Shown in pieces: positions 37,300-48,606 of a DNA stretch of 64,000 bases (the stretch's first letter is position 1; each line of letters starts with the position of its first letter). Under the pieces are notes generated by a model that worked only from the letters and a program-made list of their open reading frames with translations, was not told the DNA's origin and did no database searches. The translations under genes and the position numbers were made by a program. The DNA comes from a virus. The stretch covers positions 1 through 64,000 of the IMG/VR virus record IMGVR_UViG_3300030430_004991. The stretch is one strand, 5' to 3'.

Positions 37300-38243
37300 T
37301 AACATTCCTCCAGGTCATCTTGAGAAACACGAGACCCATAAATATTGATGTCTAGACCATCGCGATCAGGGCACCTAACCTCTAAGTCCAAAAAGATATC
37401 TTTAGCTTTTAGTCTCCTAAGGCCAGTGCAAATATCTTCTTCTGGTACTTTTTTGTCTGTGTTTAAGTTTAAATAGTACTCTACGTTATGTTGTGAAACT
37501 GGTGTTGTTGTGACTTGTGGTGTATCAATGTCATCTACAACCAGCATGTTGTTGATAACTTGTGTTTCTTGTGTGTGGAAAGTAAGTTTTCTATCTATTT
37601 GTATTTCGTCCTGTTCAAACAAATAAACTTCAAGTTCGTATGAATCTTTATGAAAAAACCCGTTCCTTTCAAAGATGTTGAGCAAAACTTGTTCTTTTTC
37701 TATCTTTACGAAAGATCCATCTGCTTTTATAACTGAAGGTAGTTCGGTGTTAAACAAAAGACCAGTGTTGCTGAAATCTAAATCGCTTTGATTCCCAACT
37801 GACATCGTATAGTTAATTTCTAATTCAAGTTGCGGAATTTGTTGCGCTGTCGTTGTTGATCCTGTTAGTGATTTTGATGAACTTTCGATTTCTCCCAAGA
37901 GAGCCGTGATGTTCCAACCAGAGGCTCTAGTCTCCGAGGTGTTGTTAGAGCCGATTGTTTGTTGCAAAAAAGTGACTTGTTCAACTTTATTATCTTCATT
38001 TCTTAAACTACTTTCAACTCCTTTGTAATTTGTTTGTGGCTTCATGTAAGGAGTTTCAGATAAAATTCTACTTTTAGTTTGTGAATTGTTTTCACTAACA
38101 CCCCCTTGAGCACTATCATAAAGAATGTCATCATCTAAAAAAGTATAATATACTGGCTTTAGTTTCCCTTTGGAAAGCATTTTTCTTCCGTGTGGTGTTA
38201 ATTCAATTTTTAACACATCTTCTTTTTTATTAAAAAATGTCAT
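37299..38243 (-). CDS. Tail/baseplate structural protein, N-terminus related to 31650-32567
   Basis: IELTPHGRKMLSKG...FLDDDILYD motif. Confidence 0.55.
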   Translation of the reverse strand: MTFFNKKEDVLKIELTPHGRKMLSKGKLKPVYYTFLDDDILYDSAQGGVSENNSQTKSRILSETPYMKPQTNYKGVESSLRNEDNKVEQVTFLQQTIGSNNTSETRASGWNITALLGEIESSSKSLTGSTTTAQQIPQLELEINYTMSVGNQSDLDFSNTGLLFNTELPSVIKADGSFVKIEKEQVLLNIFERNGFFHKDSYELEVYLFEQDEIQIDRKLTFHTQETQVINNMLVVDDIDTPQVTTTPVSQHNVEYYLNLNTDKKVPEEDICTGLRRLKAKDIFLDLEVRCPDRDGLDINIYGSRVSQDDLEEC

Positions 38244-41200
38244 TTAGTAGCCTCCGGTATTTTCTGTATCTGTGCTAGATGCTTGTGTCGTTGCCGGAGT
38301 ATTAGGAGATGTTCCTATTTGAGTTGACGCCGGATCAAGCCTTCCTGATCTGATGGCTTCGTTTGTTGTTCTGAGTCTTGCTGTGACGTCGCCAATTGGC
38401 TCTGGTTTGTTAGAGCGAACTATTGGAGTTCTCACAACAGACTTTTCTGCTCTTTCTGAAAATTCAACTTCGCTTTCAATCTTTGCTAATTCAACTAGAG
38501 AAAAGAAGTCGTAAGGCCAATTATAAGAAAGATCCGTGTTAAGGCCTTCAGAGGTAACTTGTGGTTGGTTTTGCTGCTGTTGGTCCCTAGCTATCTCGGC
38601 AACATTTGGGTAAGGATTCTGGTAAGTACCGGCACTGTTATCAACACTCATCAATGCTGGTCCAAAATCATCAACTTGTCGTCCTATTAATTTATTATAG
38701 TAGTTAGTCTCGGCTCTTTGCTTGACTTTAAACACCATCCATTGGACTCTGTCTGGTAGTTCGTTGCCGATTGCGTTAACATTTAATGTTACATTCGTAC
38801 CATCATTGCCCAAAACAGCCCCGCCACCAAGAAGTTCATGGGCCAATAATTCATGAGAAATCGTTGATTCGGCAGTTTCAAATGTTTGTCCTATTTGCGG
38901 ATACAGATTTTGCCAAATGTTTGCCAAATCTTGTTTTTTAAGAACATGAGAAAACTCAAAAATGTACATTGCAAACGGATCAATCGAATTATATTTTACA
39001 AAATCCATAGATGGAGGGAACACGTATTTTTTCATTCTGGCCACCATTCTTTCGATTGTTGCACCAACAAGGGCTCTTTCTTGCGAGGTTCTTTGTGCTC
39101 TTTCTATGTCTTCTCTTTTTAGTCTAAAGAACTTTCTTTCTCCGTCTTGTTCCACAAAAGGAACAGCAACAACCGCTTCGCTGATTGTTTTTTCACTAGC
39201 AACTTGCCCTAATTTCACTGCTTCTGTTGAAAAGCCGCATAAATTAACGAGCGAACCAGTTGTTTCGGAGTCTTGACTCAACCAGTTATCAATCCAATCA
39301 GGAGGTACATCATCGACCTGTAGAAAGACACCTTTTGTTGGATCTTCTTCAATGTTTCCGTATTGGTGCCACATTCCGCGCGGTACTGATTGTGACGCAT
39401 TACTGGGCAACGTAACACTGTCGGATGCCGATAAATGATTAAAATTTAACATTGGGGTTTCAAATTTTGTTTGAATTACCCACTGAGAGGGTACATCGCT
39501 TGGATCAGAGCCGGCATCTCCTGCTGTTGTCTGCCTAAACATGTTGACAGATGCATTTAGGTGCATCGCTAGACCCATTTTCAACGTATTGTAAAAATCA
39601 TCCGGCCTATAGCTGTACGACGCTGTCACAATTGGAAAAATACCACCATTAAGTAGAACTGATTTGGCATAAGTATCAACATCAGTCGCCTCTGCATATC
39701 TCCATTGCTTTATGGTGGATTGCTGTATTATTTCTGAGATACTGTGTTTTTTCGTGTCTGAGGCGGTGAACATAACATCACACCAGGCCTCACCATAATA
39801 GTATGGCGGAGTAAAAAGATAATTTTCTCCATTTTCTGACCATCCTGCGCTGCCACCAGAGCCGCTGCTTGCTCGGGCAGGAGGCCCAAAAGCAGTTGGG
39901 CGAGAGTACATTGTAAATGTTTCTGTGCTTGCAGATGGATACTGTGGCGGATTATAAAATCCAGAAGATCCAGATATTATTGGTAGTTTAGCGGTGTTTT
40001 TGCTTTTGTACATTTTGATTCTCATCATGTATGTTTTTCCAGCCTCCGCGTAGCCAACGTTTGGATCGTTAGAAGGCTTTGAGATAATTGTCGACATATT
40101 TTTTGATTTCATAAAAAATTCAGTTGTTTCTGCTATAAAGTTATGGGCCATTAATTTATATAAATTATTTCCATTACCATCCCACACAACAGACCCAGAA
40201 TTATTGGCATAACGATGAGGTTCGTTGCAATAAAATTCACGAAGCGCTAAATATCTTTCCGGTTCGAGTAGTGCTTCAAACGGAATTCTTCTATGAAAGA
40301 AGCCATTTGCGTTTATATAAAAATTTCCATCGCTTGAAGTAATATTATTCGCAGCGAATGATAAGTTTTCATCTTTTAGTGGGTAATCACATGCAATACC
40401 GGATTTTATTGTATTAAATAAAACACCAGGTGCAAACATTGGTACCATAAGATTTTGAAAAAGAGCAGGGGATGAAGAAGCACTTCCATATACGTCTTCG
40501 GAACCCGAGACTGCTACAAAGTCTTTATATGAACTATAAAACTGCTTTGCAAGTTCCACAGATCGTTGTGCCGGATAAAAACCGTCGTACGGTAACAACT
40601 TTTTAATCGCTTTACACTTAAGAGTTATTGACGTTGGCGGCACAAAACCATCATGATCTTTTTTAATAACTTCAAAATGTTTCATGAATTCAGAGTTTGA
40701 GTAAATTTTGTAAAAATCTGTTTTTGATGAGTCTGTTGTGTCGGATAGAGCACCAGTTAAGGAGAACAAGTTTGTTATTTCCTCTGTTATTCCTTTTGAT
40801 TGGTATGTCTCAACGTGGTCGCTAATTCTAAATTCCGGAATGATTGAATAATCTTTACCGTATTGACGAACACCTTGTATATAATTGTCGTATGTATCGT
40901 AAAATGGATTGAGACCGGATTGAGAGCCGGCCTCCCATTTTGCTTCTCCCCCGGGGATACCGACACCGTCTTTACTATCTGAACCCATGTTGCCCATTGT
41001 GGTGCCCGTGTTGATGCCCTCAATGTTCATTCCATTCGGAGAAACAACTGAGGAGGAGATTGTAATTGTATGCTTTCTGTTGTACACCGGTGCTACTCTC
41101 ACGAGACCATCAAGTGCACCATATCTTAGATTGAGAGCCATCGAATCCTCGCCAAAAGAGTACTGGTTTTGTAGAATTCCATAGTCAACTTGATCTCTTC

Positions 41201-42128
41201 GGGGTAGAGAATCATTTCTATTGTAACCATACACGTTGCCCCACCGATTGGCGGTCGACGTGCCCGTATCCCATTTACTGTATGCGTCTAATGGCCATAC
41301 GCTTTGAGTGACATGGGATCCGAATCCATTATCATCTACTTCTTCTGTTCTGTTTTGTCTATCGTCTCTCCACGGAAAGGAAAATGTTGTTCTTTGTCTG
41401 ACATAGTTTTTGTAGGCATAAATCTTCGATGGGTAAACACACTCTCTATACTTGAAATACTCAAAAGAATCAATTGGAGATCCGTCTTGATTAAGACCGC
41501 CATTCAAATAAAAGCCGGAGATTGTTGAATATTGTCTAGATCTTCGAAGCCTCTTGTTATAGTACTTGTTGACCTCTTCGTTATTAAAGAAGTTTGTCTC
41601 ACTACCATAAGCACCAACAACTTCAAACCTTTGAAGTGTGCCTGTTACATCAAAAGTTCCGGCTCCAACAAGAAATGGTTTACTATGTGAGTATACGGGA
41701 GTTTCTGTGAATTTTTGAATTGCTCCGTATCTTCCTCTAATCGTATTTTGTCTTCCCTTATTATTGATAACAATTTCTGGGCCTGGTTCTGTTACGAAAG
41801 TAAAAACATTGTTTTGAATTTGTTTTCTTGTTAAAGGGTTCTGTCCTATTCTTATCTGTTTGAACGAATTATAACCGTATGGGCCATTTCTACGAAGCAT
41901 GAGAGCAGGAAAGAATGATGCTGTATTTGGAAGGTTATGAGAAAAAAGATAGTTTTTTAAATATGCCATTTGAAATGGTTGTAAGAAATTAATTGTATTT
42001 TGAGAAACACTAATGCTATCACCACCGCCTTGCGATACAATTTCAAACCCCCCTTGTTCTTCAGCATCCCAACCAACGGGTTCATAAATAAATGTGTTTA
42101 ATCCAACAAAGTCTACATAATACGCCAT
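38244..42128 (-). CDS. Large virion structural protein
   Basis: ~1294 aa. Start reassigned to MAYYV. Lies in the baseplate block. Confidence 0.6.
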   Translation of the reverse strand: MAYYVDFVGLNTFIYEPVGWDAEEQGGFEIVSQGGGDSISVSQNTINFLQPFQMAYLKNYLFSHNLPNTASFFPALMLRRNGPYGYNSFKQIRIGQNPLTRKQIQNNVFTFVTEPGPEIVINNKGRQNTIRGRYGAIQKFTETPVYSHSKPFLVGAGTFDVTGTLQRFEVVGAYGSETNFFNNEEVNKYYNKRLRRSRQYSTISGFYLNGGLNQDGSPIDSFEYFKYRECVYPSKIYAYKNYVRQRTTFSFPWRDDRQNRTEEVDDNGFGSHVTQSVWPLDAYSKWDTGTSTANRWGNVYGYNRNDSLPRRDQVDYGILQNQYSFGEDSMALNLRYGALDGLVRVAPVYNRKHTITISSSVVSPNGMNIEGINTGTTMGNMGSDSKDGVGIPGGEAKWEAGSQSGLNPFYDTYDNYIQGVRQYGKDYSIIPEFRISDHVETYQSKGITEEITNLFSLTGALSDTTDSSKTDFYKIYSNSEFMKHFEVIKKDHDGFVPPTSITLKCKAIKKLLPYDGFYPAQRSVELAKQFYSSYKDFVAVSGSEDVYGSASSSPALFQNLMVPMFAPGVLFNTIKSGIACDYPLKDENLSFAANNITSSDGNFYINANGFFHRRIPFEALLEPERYLALREFYCNEPHRYANNSGSVVWDGNGNNLYKLMAHNFIAETTEFFMKSKNMSTIISKPSNDPNVGYAEAGKTYMMRIKMYKSKNTAKLPIISGSSGFYNPPQYPSASTETFTMYSRPTAFGPPARASSGSGGSAGWSENGENYLFTPPYYYGEAWCDVMFTASDTKKHSISEIIQQSTIKQWRYAEATDVDTYAKSVLLNGGIFPIVTASYSYRPDDFYNTLKMGLAMHLNASVNMFRQTTAGDAGSDPSDVPSQWVIQTKFETPMLNFNHLSASDSVTLPSNASQSVPRGMWHQYGNIEEDPTKGVFLQVDDVPPDWIDNWLSQDSETTGSLVNLCGFSTEAVKLGQVASEKTISEAVVAVPFVEQDGERKFFRLKREDIERAQRTSQERALVGATIERMVARMKKYVFPPSMDFVKYNSIDPFAMYIFEFSHVLKKQDLANIWQNLYPQIGQTFETAESTISHELLAHELLGGGAVLGNDGTNVTLNVNAIGNELPDRVQWMVFKVKQRAETNYYNKLIGRQVDDFGPALMSVDNSAGTYQNPYPNVAEIARDQQQQNQPQVTSEGLNTDLSYNWPYDFFSLVELAKIESEVEFSERAEKSVVRTPIVRSNKPEPIGDVTARLRTTNEAIRSGRLDPASTQIGTSPNTPATTQASSTDTENTGGY

Positions 42129-42129
42129 T

Positions 42130-45100
42130 CTATACTCCAAAAATCTCTGAGGCTGTTGGGAAAGTTATTGCTGGAACAAATCCGCTATCGCCGTCTATAA
42201 CGACTGAGGAACTTAAAATCCCTGTTGGGTCTGCGTATCCGTACATTCTTTGCTTTCCGCTTGTTATACTATAATTACTTCCTAATGTAGAAGTTATCCA
42301 CTTATATTGAAAGTCTGATCTTGGTATGGGAGAACTAATGTACATGTTGTCGTATCTCTTAACAAAAACAGGTGCTAGTACTGTTGAAGTATCACTTGGT
42401 CTTTTACTTTCATTTCTCTGTTGCTTATGGAATGAGGGATCTGGGTTTGCTTGCTCCAACGGCTCTGAGCCTAGTTCGGAGGCGTATCGAGGATCAATTC
42501 CAAATTTTCCGGAATGACGAGATAGAAGCGCTTTAAGACCATCTCTAGCGCTTCTATGATCGTTGACTCGGATTGTACCGGCTTCTCCTGAGCCTCCAAA
42601 ATTGTAGAAGTCAGAGCCATCTGCGGATGCAGATACTCGAACAGCAATTCCTCGAACTGACATATTTCTGTAGTTAAGATTATTGTAAACAGAAAATTCT
42701 TGTGAGTATGCGTCTAGGAAACCATAGCTTAATGTATCTATTGAACCTGGTGCAGAAAAGCGAGAAGATATAATGGTTTTAGTTACGCTGCTTGTGATTT
42801 TAGTTGTTGTATTTAAATATCCAGTTTCAAACTGATCTGGAGTAAATGGTGTAACTATTAAATTACTAAAATCAGTTCTGGTTTCTGTTGCTGCGACAGT
42901 GACATTACTTCCTGTATATTGAACTAAGGAAAAGAATCCTAGTGTAGTTGATGGTGGGAATGGAACCTCTCTATACGATACCTGCCAACTAGTGAAAGAA
43001 GATGACAACGAAGAAGACAGTTCATTGAAAAATACCGTATTTGATTTGGCGGGACCAAAGGGATTATTGCCTGTAGTAAAGAAAAAATCTTGATCATAAT
43101 TGGAGTCAATTTGTAGGTCGTTATTTCCAGTCCCAAAACTAGAAGAAATAGTATAAGTAGGGGAACCATGTGTTGTTAGAGCATTACCACTAGAATAACT
43201 CCCCAAAGTCGCCCAATAATCTTCATATCCATATTTATACCAATCGATTATCTGCGAGGAACTTGGATGTGTTTTTGGATTATTCCAATTTCCGTTTGCA
43301 TACAATATGTTTATATCTTCTTGTGTAAGTAGTTTGTTCCATACCACAACATCTTGAAAGCCCATTTCTTGATCTAACCGCAGATGTAATCTATCAATAC
43401 TGGGTGCCGTTCCGCCCGGGGCACCATAGCCGGTTCCGGAAATCTCGGTACCATTTTTCCAAACTCTGGGAACGAAAGAAGGTTTTGTTAAGTCTTGAGT
43501 GTTAAAGTGAATTACAAAATGCTGCCACTGATCCGACTCCGATCCGATGTCCGTGGAAAATGTAGCGGTGCCAAAACCACCACCAGTATTAAAATAAATT
43601 ACTTGAATTTTTGTTTGAGTAAATAATACCCTATGTCTATCATTTGCACCAGCCATCCACAAAATTTTTGACTCACAGCCGGCGCCAACATCACCAGTAT
43701 ACAGCCAAAATGATAACGAAACTGTATTGGTAAAGCCGCTGTAGGCGTTATTATTAGCTCTATTTGAATTAGTAAAAGTAGGATTTTGTGGTGCACGGAA
43801 TGCTAGTCCTAAAGATCCTGTTCTAAGAATCAAATTGGCGGTTGGAAAAGCTATTGCATTGTGTGGATCGTTTACTTCAGTAAGATGTGTTACGCCTCCG
43901 CCTGTTATTTCTAGACTTGTTCCTGAGTCTGCGGTTATATCTGATACTTCGTCTAGAAAAAACTTTATAGAGGCATTGGTTTCCGGAAACAGGACTTCTG
44001 GTCTGTCGTTTAGAATGTTTGAATCACCGATTCCAAATACATTTCCAGATGGTGTGTTTGTTATGCCAATCAAAGTTTGATAGTTAGTTGTTGCTGGTAA
44101 TATCTCTCCGATCTCAGAAGGAACAAACGTATGAGTGTTAACATACTTTCTAAAGAATAAATTATTTTGCTGCTTATTGGTTCCAGCGCTTATAATTTCG
44201 TAATTTTTGTAGTAATTTCCATGATTAATACTTGATGTAGTAGTTTGTATGTTAGAGATGTTAAACGCGCGTTTTGTTCGGCCATCTCTATACAATACAG
44301 CAGATTTTTTGGCAGCATCGGGGTACTTATTGGTTGCTCTTGTTACGCCGTATTGCGGATCGACAATACCAAAAGCACCGTCAGAATCGCCACCATCATT
44401 TTCAACAAACCTCAGGAGCCACCCTTCTGCTCTCGTATATTGATTGTGAAGGTTGTTTGGAGTTGGGCCACCAATGTCATCATCATTTAATGTTGGATCA
44501 AACCGGTTTAGGTCAATGTGTCTAGATTGGTGACCGCCGACCCATTGATTAGTAAACGGACCTTGTAATGGTACATCATTTGAAAAATCGGTCGTGTCAG
44601 AATGAATATTTGTAACATAAGCACCTGATCTGTATCCGCTAGCGAAACTAGAATTGTAACCACCGATAGTGCCTGAGAAGATATCAAAAGGTAAATTGTG
44701 TGCACCCTTGAGCGCATAGTTGTAAGACGCACTATCATTTATGGGAGCAAAAGTGCCTCCGTTTCCACCACCAGCGAATTTACCAACAAACACTGTTGTA
44801 TTAAATTTTTTCTTTTCATTGGGTACCTCAACATCACTACATGTATTTGCTGGTAGTTCTATCCCCTGTCCTGGTCCGGCACCCACTATAAGAACATTAA
44901 CAGGGATACCCAAGGATGTTAGTCTGGAGCCACGATTTACAGCGTTCCAAATGTAGTCTCTGTTTTTTTGAAGATTATAGTTGATACCGGGATGTATAGT
45001 TTGACTGATTGTAGAGCCAACTCGATAAGTGTTTGTAAATCTTCTTATAGCATAAGTTGAGCCAAAATAAGATGTTCTATCTTGATTACCTAAAACTGTA

Positions 45101-48100
45101 GGTTGAGCATTGTTGTCATTAACAATAACTTTTCTTATACTTTCTCGGGCTTCTTGCGTTCTTTCTTTTCTTTCTTTTTGCCAAACACAATTGTTGTTGT
45201 CACCACCTTCTATTGGTGCATGTCCAAATTGCCATTTATATTTAAGTTCCCCAACGCCTTTTACTCTACCCTCTGTAGCAGTATGTATTGACGTCAGCGG
45301 AAATTTACTTTGATATTTGTTTCTTTCAAAAATGTGCGACTCAACGACATCTGAGATACCTTTTGAAAATCTTACACTCACTGGAAAAAGTTGGGACACC
45401 ATAAAAGAAACTGATGAATCAATCCACTTAAAATACTCACTAAATCTGTCGAAATCAGGATCTGCTTCGACATCTTCAAAGAATAGTCTTCTAACTAGAT
45501 CAAGTTTTTTATAGTTAATTCTGTACCTGTCAATCGCCTCGCCCATAAGATTTGACATTTCTTGAATTGTTGAAAGGCTTCTTAGCATCTCTTCTGAGAT
45601 CACTTGATACATGCTTTTTTCTAGAGAGTAGAAATTATCTGAGACATCCTCGTCTTCGATAAAGAATTCTTGCTCTTCGCCCTCGATGGTAACTCTATCA
45701 GAAGAGTAAGAAATTTCCGGTAATTCTTTCTTGGAAGAATAAACAATTTCATTATCTACCACACTCGTGCTAGAATTTGGAAACCCAAAGCCCTTAGCTC
45801 GATGCTCTCTTCTGATAATCTTATCCATCCACCCGTATCTATTGTCTAAAGATCCACTAGACGCATCAATCACAATGAATTCACCGGAACCATCTGATGT
45901 CGTTACGGTTTCAAAGTCCCAATCCGCTGTTAATAGTTCGTATGACGGAACTTCAACTTGAGACAAGTCTTTACCAAAAATAGTTGATGCCCTAGAGGCT
46001 TTTTTATTTCCTTTTCCTCCAACATCCAAGTTATGAAGTTTTATTGTTTCATCAGAGAGATAATCGTACCAAAGATTAAAGCGTCCTATTTTCAAGTCGG
46101 TTTGCTCTAAAACACTTCCTGTGAAGTTTGTTCTGTGTGCGCCAATGAAAAATCTTTTTGCATTTGACAAGTAAGATGAACCATTTGCGTAGTTTAAACT
46201 TTGCGTTAAAGAAAACTCATTTTTAACAGTATCAAAAGCATGATTTACTCCATAGAATTCCAACTGATAGGTTCTGTTTGATGCTGTAATTACATTACCA
46301 GCGATTGGATAATCAACCGGTTTTACACTAACTGCTAAATTCCAGAGTTCATTCGAATAGATTTCTTTGTAAAATGGTGTCTCAAGACTAAAAGTTCCAG
46401 CGTAATCCTTTAAAACAAATTTAGCAGTTGAAGATTCTAGCTCATCTCTAACCAAATAAACTTGAAAATTTGCTGTATCTGGGGAGGCCCAGGTGTAGTC
46501 AGCACTACTTTCTAGTGCTTGATGCATTCCGAAAACAGAAGCAGATTGAAACGGTGTAACAAAATAACCATCAGCAGGAAATTTAATTTTACTTGGTATC
46601 ATAATTGACACTTCGCTAGTGAATGCATTATATTGTTCTAGTTTTTCTGCGCCGGAACCTGAGATGTAAGTTAAGGAATGATTCGTGGAAGATGTTTGAA
46701 ATAATGTAGCATCTAAATGTGTTTCTCTATTAAAGTTTATAAACTTTTTATTGCTTACTGTATGTTTAAATGCATCGGTAAAATAGTGTTTACCATGGTC
46801 TGTGTAGATGTTTAATTTTACAATTTCATCATCTATACCAAAACACCTTAGCATGTTTCTTATAGAACTCTCCGTTCCTTTTTGTTTAAAAATATCTTCT
46901 AAATTGTTGTATATGTTCGTGTAGATCTGATTTTTTATATCTACAATTTTCTCTTCGTATTGTACTTGGTTTAAGTCTCTATCCCCAAAAGCCTCTAGTA
47001 CATTTGCATCTATAAAAAGATCCGGCACCACTAATCCTTTTTCTTCTAGAAGACGATCTGCGAAAGGAAGTGGTTTATAGCTAGAACTAGGATAGACTTT
47101 GTTTTTTAAACTTGGTAGAGCAGTAATTTGTGAGTGTAATGTATCAAAATAACTCGCTATTATTTGAAATAAGTACTTTGTTGCCTTCCCGGAAACTTGG
47201 TCTTCTTCTCTTATCCATTGCGGGATTTTAGTGTAAAGTAAAGCGGGGTTTTCAACATCATGTTTTTTACCCGCGCTAGCCAGTTCTGTTTTTAAAGCAG
47301 CAACATCCGGGTGGGCACTATAAATAATTGGATCTTTTGGTTCACTTGCAAGAAGACCAGACTCTACAAAAGCAGAGCTAGTTAATCTTGCGCCGTCACT
47401 ATAGCCAGTCCAAGTTCCATTTGCGAGACGACCTGAGTAATCTAGGACGACGGAATCAATCGCAGTATTCCCTACGATGCCTTCATTAAATTTGTAATAA
47501 ATGCCCAAAAGAGTATTGGCATCATCGGTATTTGTGCCACCACCAACATGTCGATACCAATTGTTGTAAATTTCTTCTGAGGATCTTCGTGTCTTCCAGT
47601 ATCGAAAATCATCTAAACTTGCACTTAACGTGCCGGCAGCAACAAGATTGACACCATGAAAAACATTTCCTGATGGCGCTGTTTGTAGAGCGCCGATGTA
47701 ACCATTAATTAATCCTCGAATTTCATCAATGCCTGCAGATCCTAGGGATTTGCTTTCATTTAAATCTCCATCTATGTAAAGTCTTGATGTGGTTCCCGTT
47801 GAAGCCGATACAAATGATAAGGCATAGTGATGCCAATCCGCTAACGATGAAGTTGTAACTGTTGCTGTTCCGATTGCTTCCTCATAGAAACCAGTTGTCC
47901 CAGATTGCATTGTTACGATAAAAGTATCAGTCCCTGTTGCTGTACCAGAAAGAGCCAAAGTAAAACGACCATAGTTTGCTGATGATGATAGTTCACCATT
48001 CCACAAGTCTACAATAATTTCTTTTTCTGTTCTAGAGTTGTCAAATGCTTCTTTTTTTAACCAAAATTCTGTCGTTAGTCCTTGTGGTATGTTCATCCTT

Positions 48101-48606
48101 AGGCTACTAACTCTTCGCTTAGCTGCATCATAAACAACAGATTTATCAAATGTTTGCTGCAATGGTTTTGTTGTCATGTTGTCTGCTACATGAAGACCGC
48201 CTCGCACGTAAATGTACTCTGGGGTGGGGTTGGTACCAAAGCCTTGCGTCTTTGTTCCGCCTGCTGAAGGTCCAGAAATTTTGATGTGACCATTTGTCTT
48301 AGGGTATCTTTGCTCAAAAATGTATTTATCTAGATAAGATGATGACAATTCAAATTGAAGTTTTTCATTTTCTGATCCATCGTACGGATAGTTGTCATAA
48401 ATTCTTTCGATCGAATTGTTATAATATTCTTCTGCGGATCCAAACTTCGCAAAATTTGAGGCACTAGAAAAATCAATGAAAGGATAGAATGTTTCATTAC
48501 GCTTGTTTGTAGTAAGTGCTAGATCTTTCGACTCTATGTGCTTACTACCAGAAATTGCACTTTCAAACGTTTTTGTTTTGTTGTTAAATAAACTTTTAAT
48601 ACTCAT
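42130..48606 (-). CDS. Giant virion protein with several LamG-like domains
   Basis: 2158 aa. TEFWLK..WHHYAL..LYIDG..DDFRYW and SLSFWL..WQHFVI..VWKNG..VVWNKLLT motifs; KQKGT..IR..LRCFGI baseplate-wedge-like motif. Confidence 0.65.
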   Translation of the reverse strand: MSIKSLFNNKTKTFESAISGSKHIESKDLALTTNKRNETFYPFIDFSSASNFAKFGSAEEYYNNSIERIYDNYPYDGSENEKLQFELSSSYLDKYIFEQRYPKTNGHIKISGPSAGGTKTQGFGTNPTPEYIYVRGGLHVADNMTTKPLQQTFDKSVVYDAAKRRVSSLRMNIPQGLTTEFWLKKEAFDNSRTEKEIIVDLWNGELSSSANYGRFTLALSGTATGTDTFIVTMQSGTTGFYEEAIGTATVTTSSLADWHHYALSFVSASTGTTSRLYIDGDLNESKSLGSAGIDEIRGLINGYIGALQTAPSGNVFHGVNLVAAGTLSASLDDFRYWKTRRSSEEIYNNWYRHVGGGTNTDDANTLLGIYYKFNEGIVGNTAIDSVVLDYSGRLANGTWTGYSDGARLTSSAFVESGLLASEPKDPIIYSAHPDVAALKTELASAGKKHDVENPALLYTKIPQWIREEDQVSGKATKYLFQIIASYFDTLHSQITALPSLKNKVYPSSSYKPLPFADRLLEEKGLVVPDLFIDANVLEAFGDRDLNQVQYEEKIVDIKNQIYTNIYNNLEDIFKQKGTESSIRNMLRCFGIDDEIVKLNIYTDHGKHYFTDAFKHTVSNKKFINFNRETHLDATLFQTSSTNHSLTYISGSGAEKLEQYNAFTSEVSIMIPSKIKFPADGYFVTPFQSASVFGMHQALESSADYTWASPDTANFQVYLVRDELESSTAKFVLKDYAGTFSLETPFYKEIYSNELWNLAVSVKPVDYPIAGNVITASNRTYQLEFYGVNHAFDTVKNEFSLTQSLNYANGSSYLSNAKRFFIGAHRTNFTGSVLEQTDLKIGRFNLWYDYLSDETIKLHNLDVGGKGNKKASRASTIFGKDLSQVEVPSYELLTADWDFETVTTSDGSGEFIVIDASSGSLDNRYGWMDKIIRREHRAKGFGFPNSSTSVVDNEIVYSSKKELPEISYSSDRVTIEGEEQEFFIEDEDVSDNFYSLEKSMYQVISEEMLRSLSTIQEMSNLMGEAIDRYRINYKKLDLVRRLFFEDVEADPDFDRFSEYFKWIDSSVSFMVSQLFPVSVRFSKGISDVVESHIFERNKYQSKFPLTSIHTATEGRVKGVGELKYKWQFGHAPIEGGDNNNCVWQKERKERTQEARESIRKVIVNDNNAQPTVLGNQDRTSYFGSTYAIRRFTNTYRVGSTISQTIHPGINYNLQKNRDYIWNAVNRGSRLTSLGIPVNVLIVGAGPGQGIELPANTCSDVEVPNEKKKFNTTVFVGKFAGGGNGGTFAPINDSASYNYALKGAHNLPFDIFSGTIGGYNSSFASGYRSGAYVTNIHSDTTDFSNDVPLQGPFTNQWVGGHQSRHIDLNRFDPTLNDDDIGGPTPNNLHNQYTRAEGWLLRFVENDGGDSDGAFGIVDPQYGVTRATNKYPDAAKKSAVLYRDGRTKRAFNISNIQTTTSSINHGNYYKNYEIISAGTNKQQNNLFFRKYVNTHTFVPSEIGEILPATTNYQTLIGITNTPSGNVFGIGDSNILNDRPEVLFPETNASIKFFLDEVSDITADSGTSLEITGGGVTHLTEVNDPHNAIAFPTANLILRTGSLGLAFRAPQNPTFTNSNRANNNAYSGFTNTVSLSFWLYTGDVGAGCESKILWMAGANDRHRVLFTQTKIQVIYFNTGGGFGTATFSTDIGSESDQWQHFVIHFNTQDLTKPSFVPRVWKNGTEISGTGYGAPGGTAPSIDRLHLRLDQEMGFQDVVVWNKLLTQEDINILYANGNWNNPKTHPSSSQIIDWYKYGYEDYWATLGSYSSGNALTTHGSPTYTISSSFGTGNNDLQIDSNYDQDFFFTTGNNPFGPAKSNTVFFNELSSSLSSSFTSWQVSYREVPFPPSTTLGFFSLVQYTGSNVTVAATETRTDFSNLIVTPFTPDQFETGYLNTTTKITSSVTKTIISSRFSAPGSIDTLSYGFLDAYSQEFSVYNNLNYRNMSVRGIAVRVSASADGSDFYNFGGSGEAGTIRVNDHRSARDGLKALLSRHSGKFGIDPRYASELGSEPLEQANPDPSFHKQQRNESKRPSDTSTVLAPVFVKRYDNMYISSPIPRSDFQYKWITSTLGSNYSITSGKQRMYGYADPTGILSSSVVIDGDSGFVPAITFPTASEIFGV

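Noticed and set aside
38244-48606. Read-through joining the 2158-aa and ~1294-aa proteins
   Set aside because: The downstream ATG is in a different frame from the TAG and has its own GGAG SD. No slippery site is evident.
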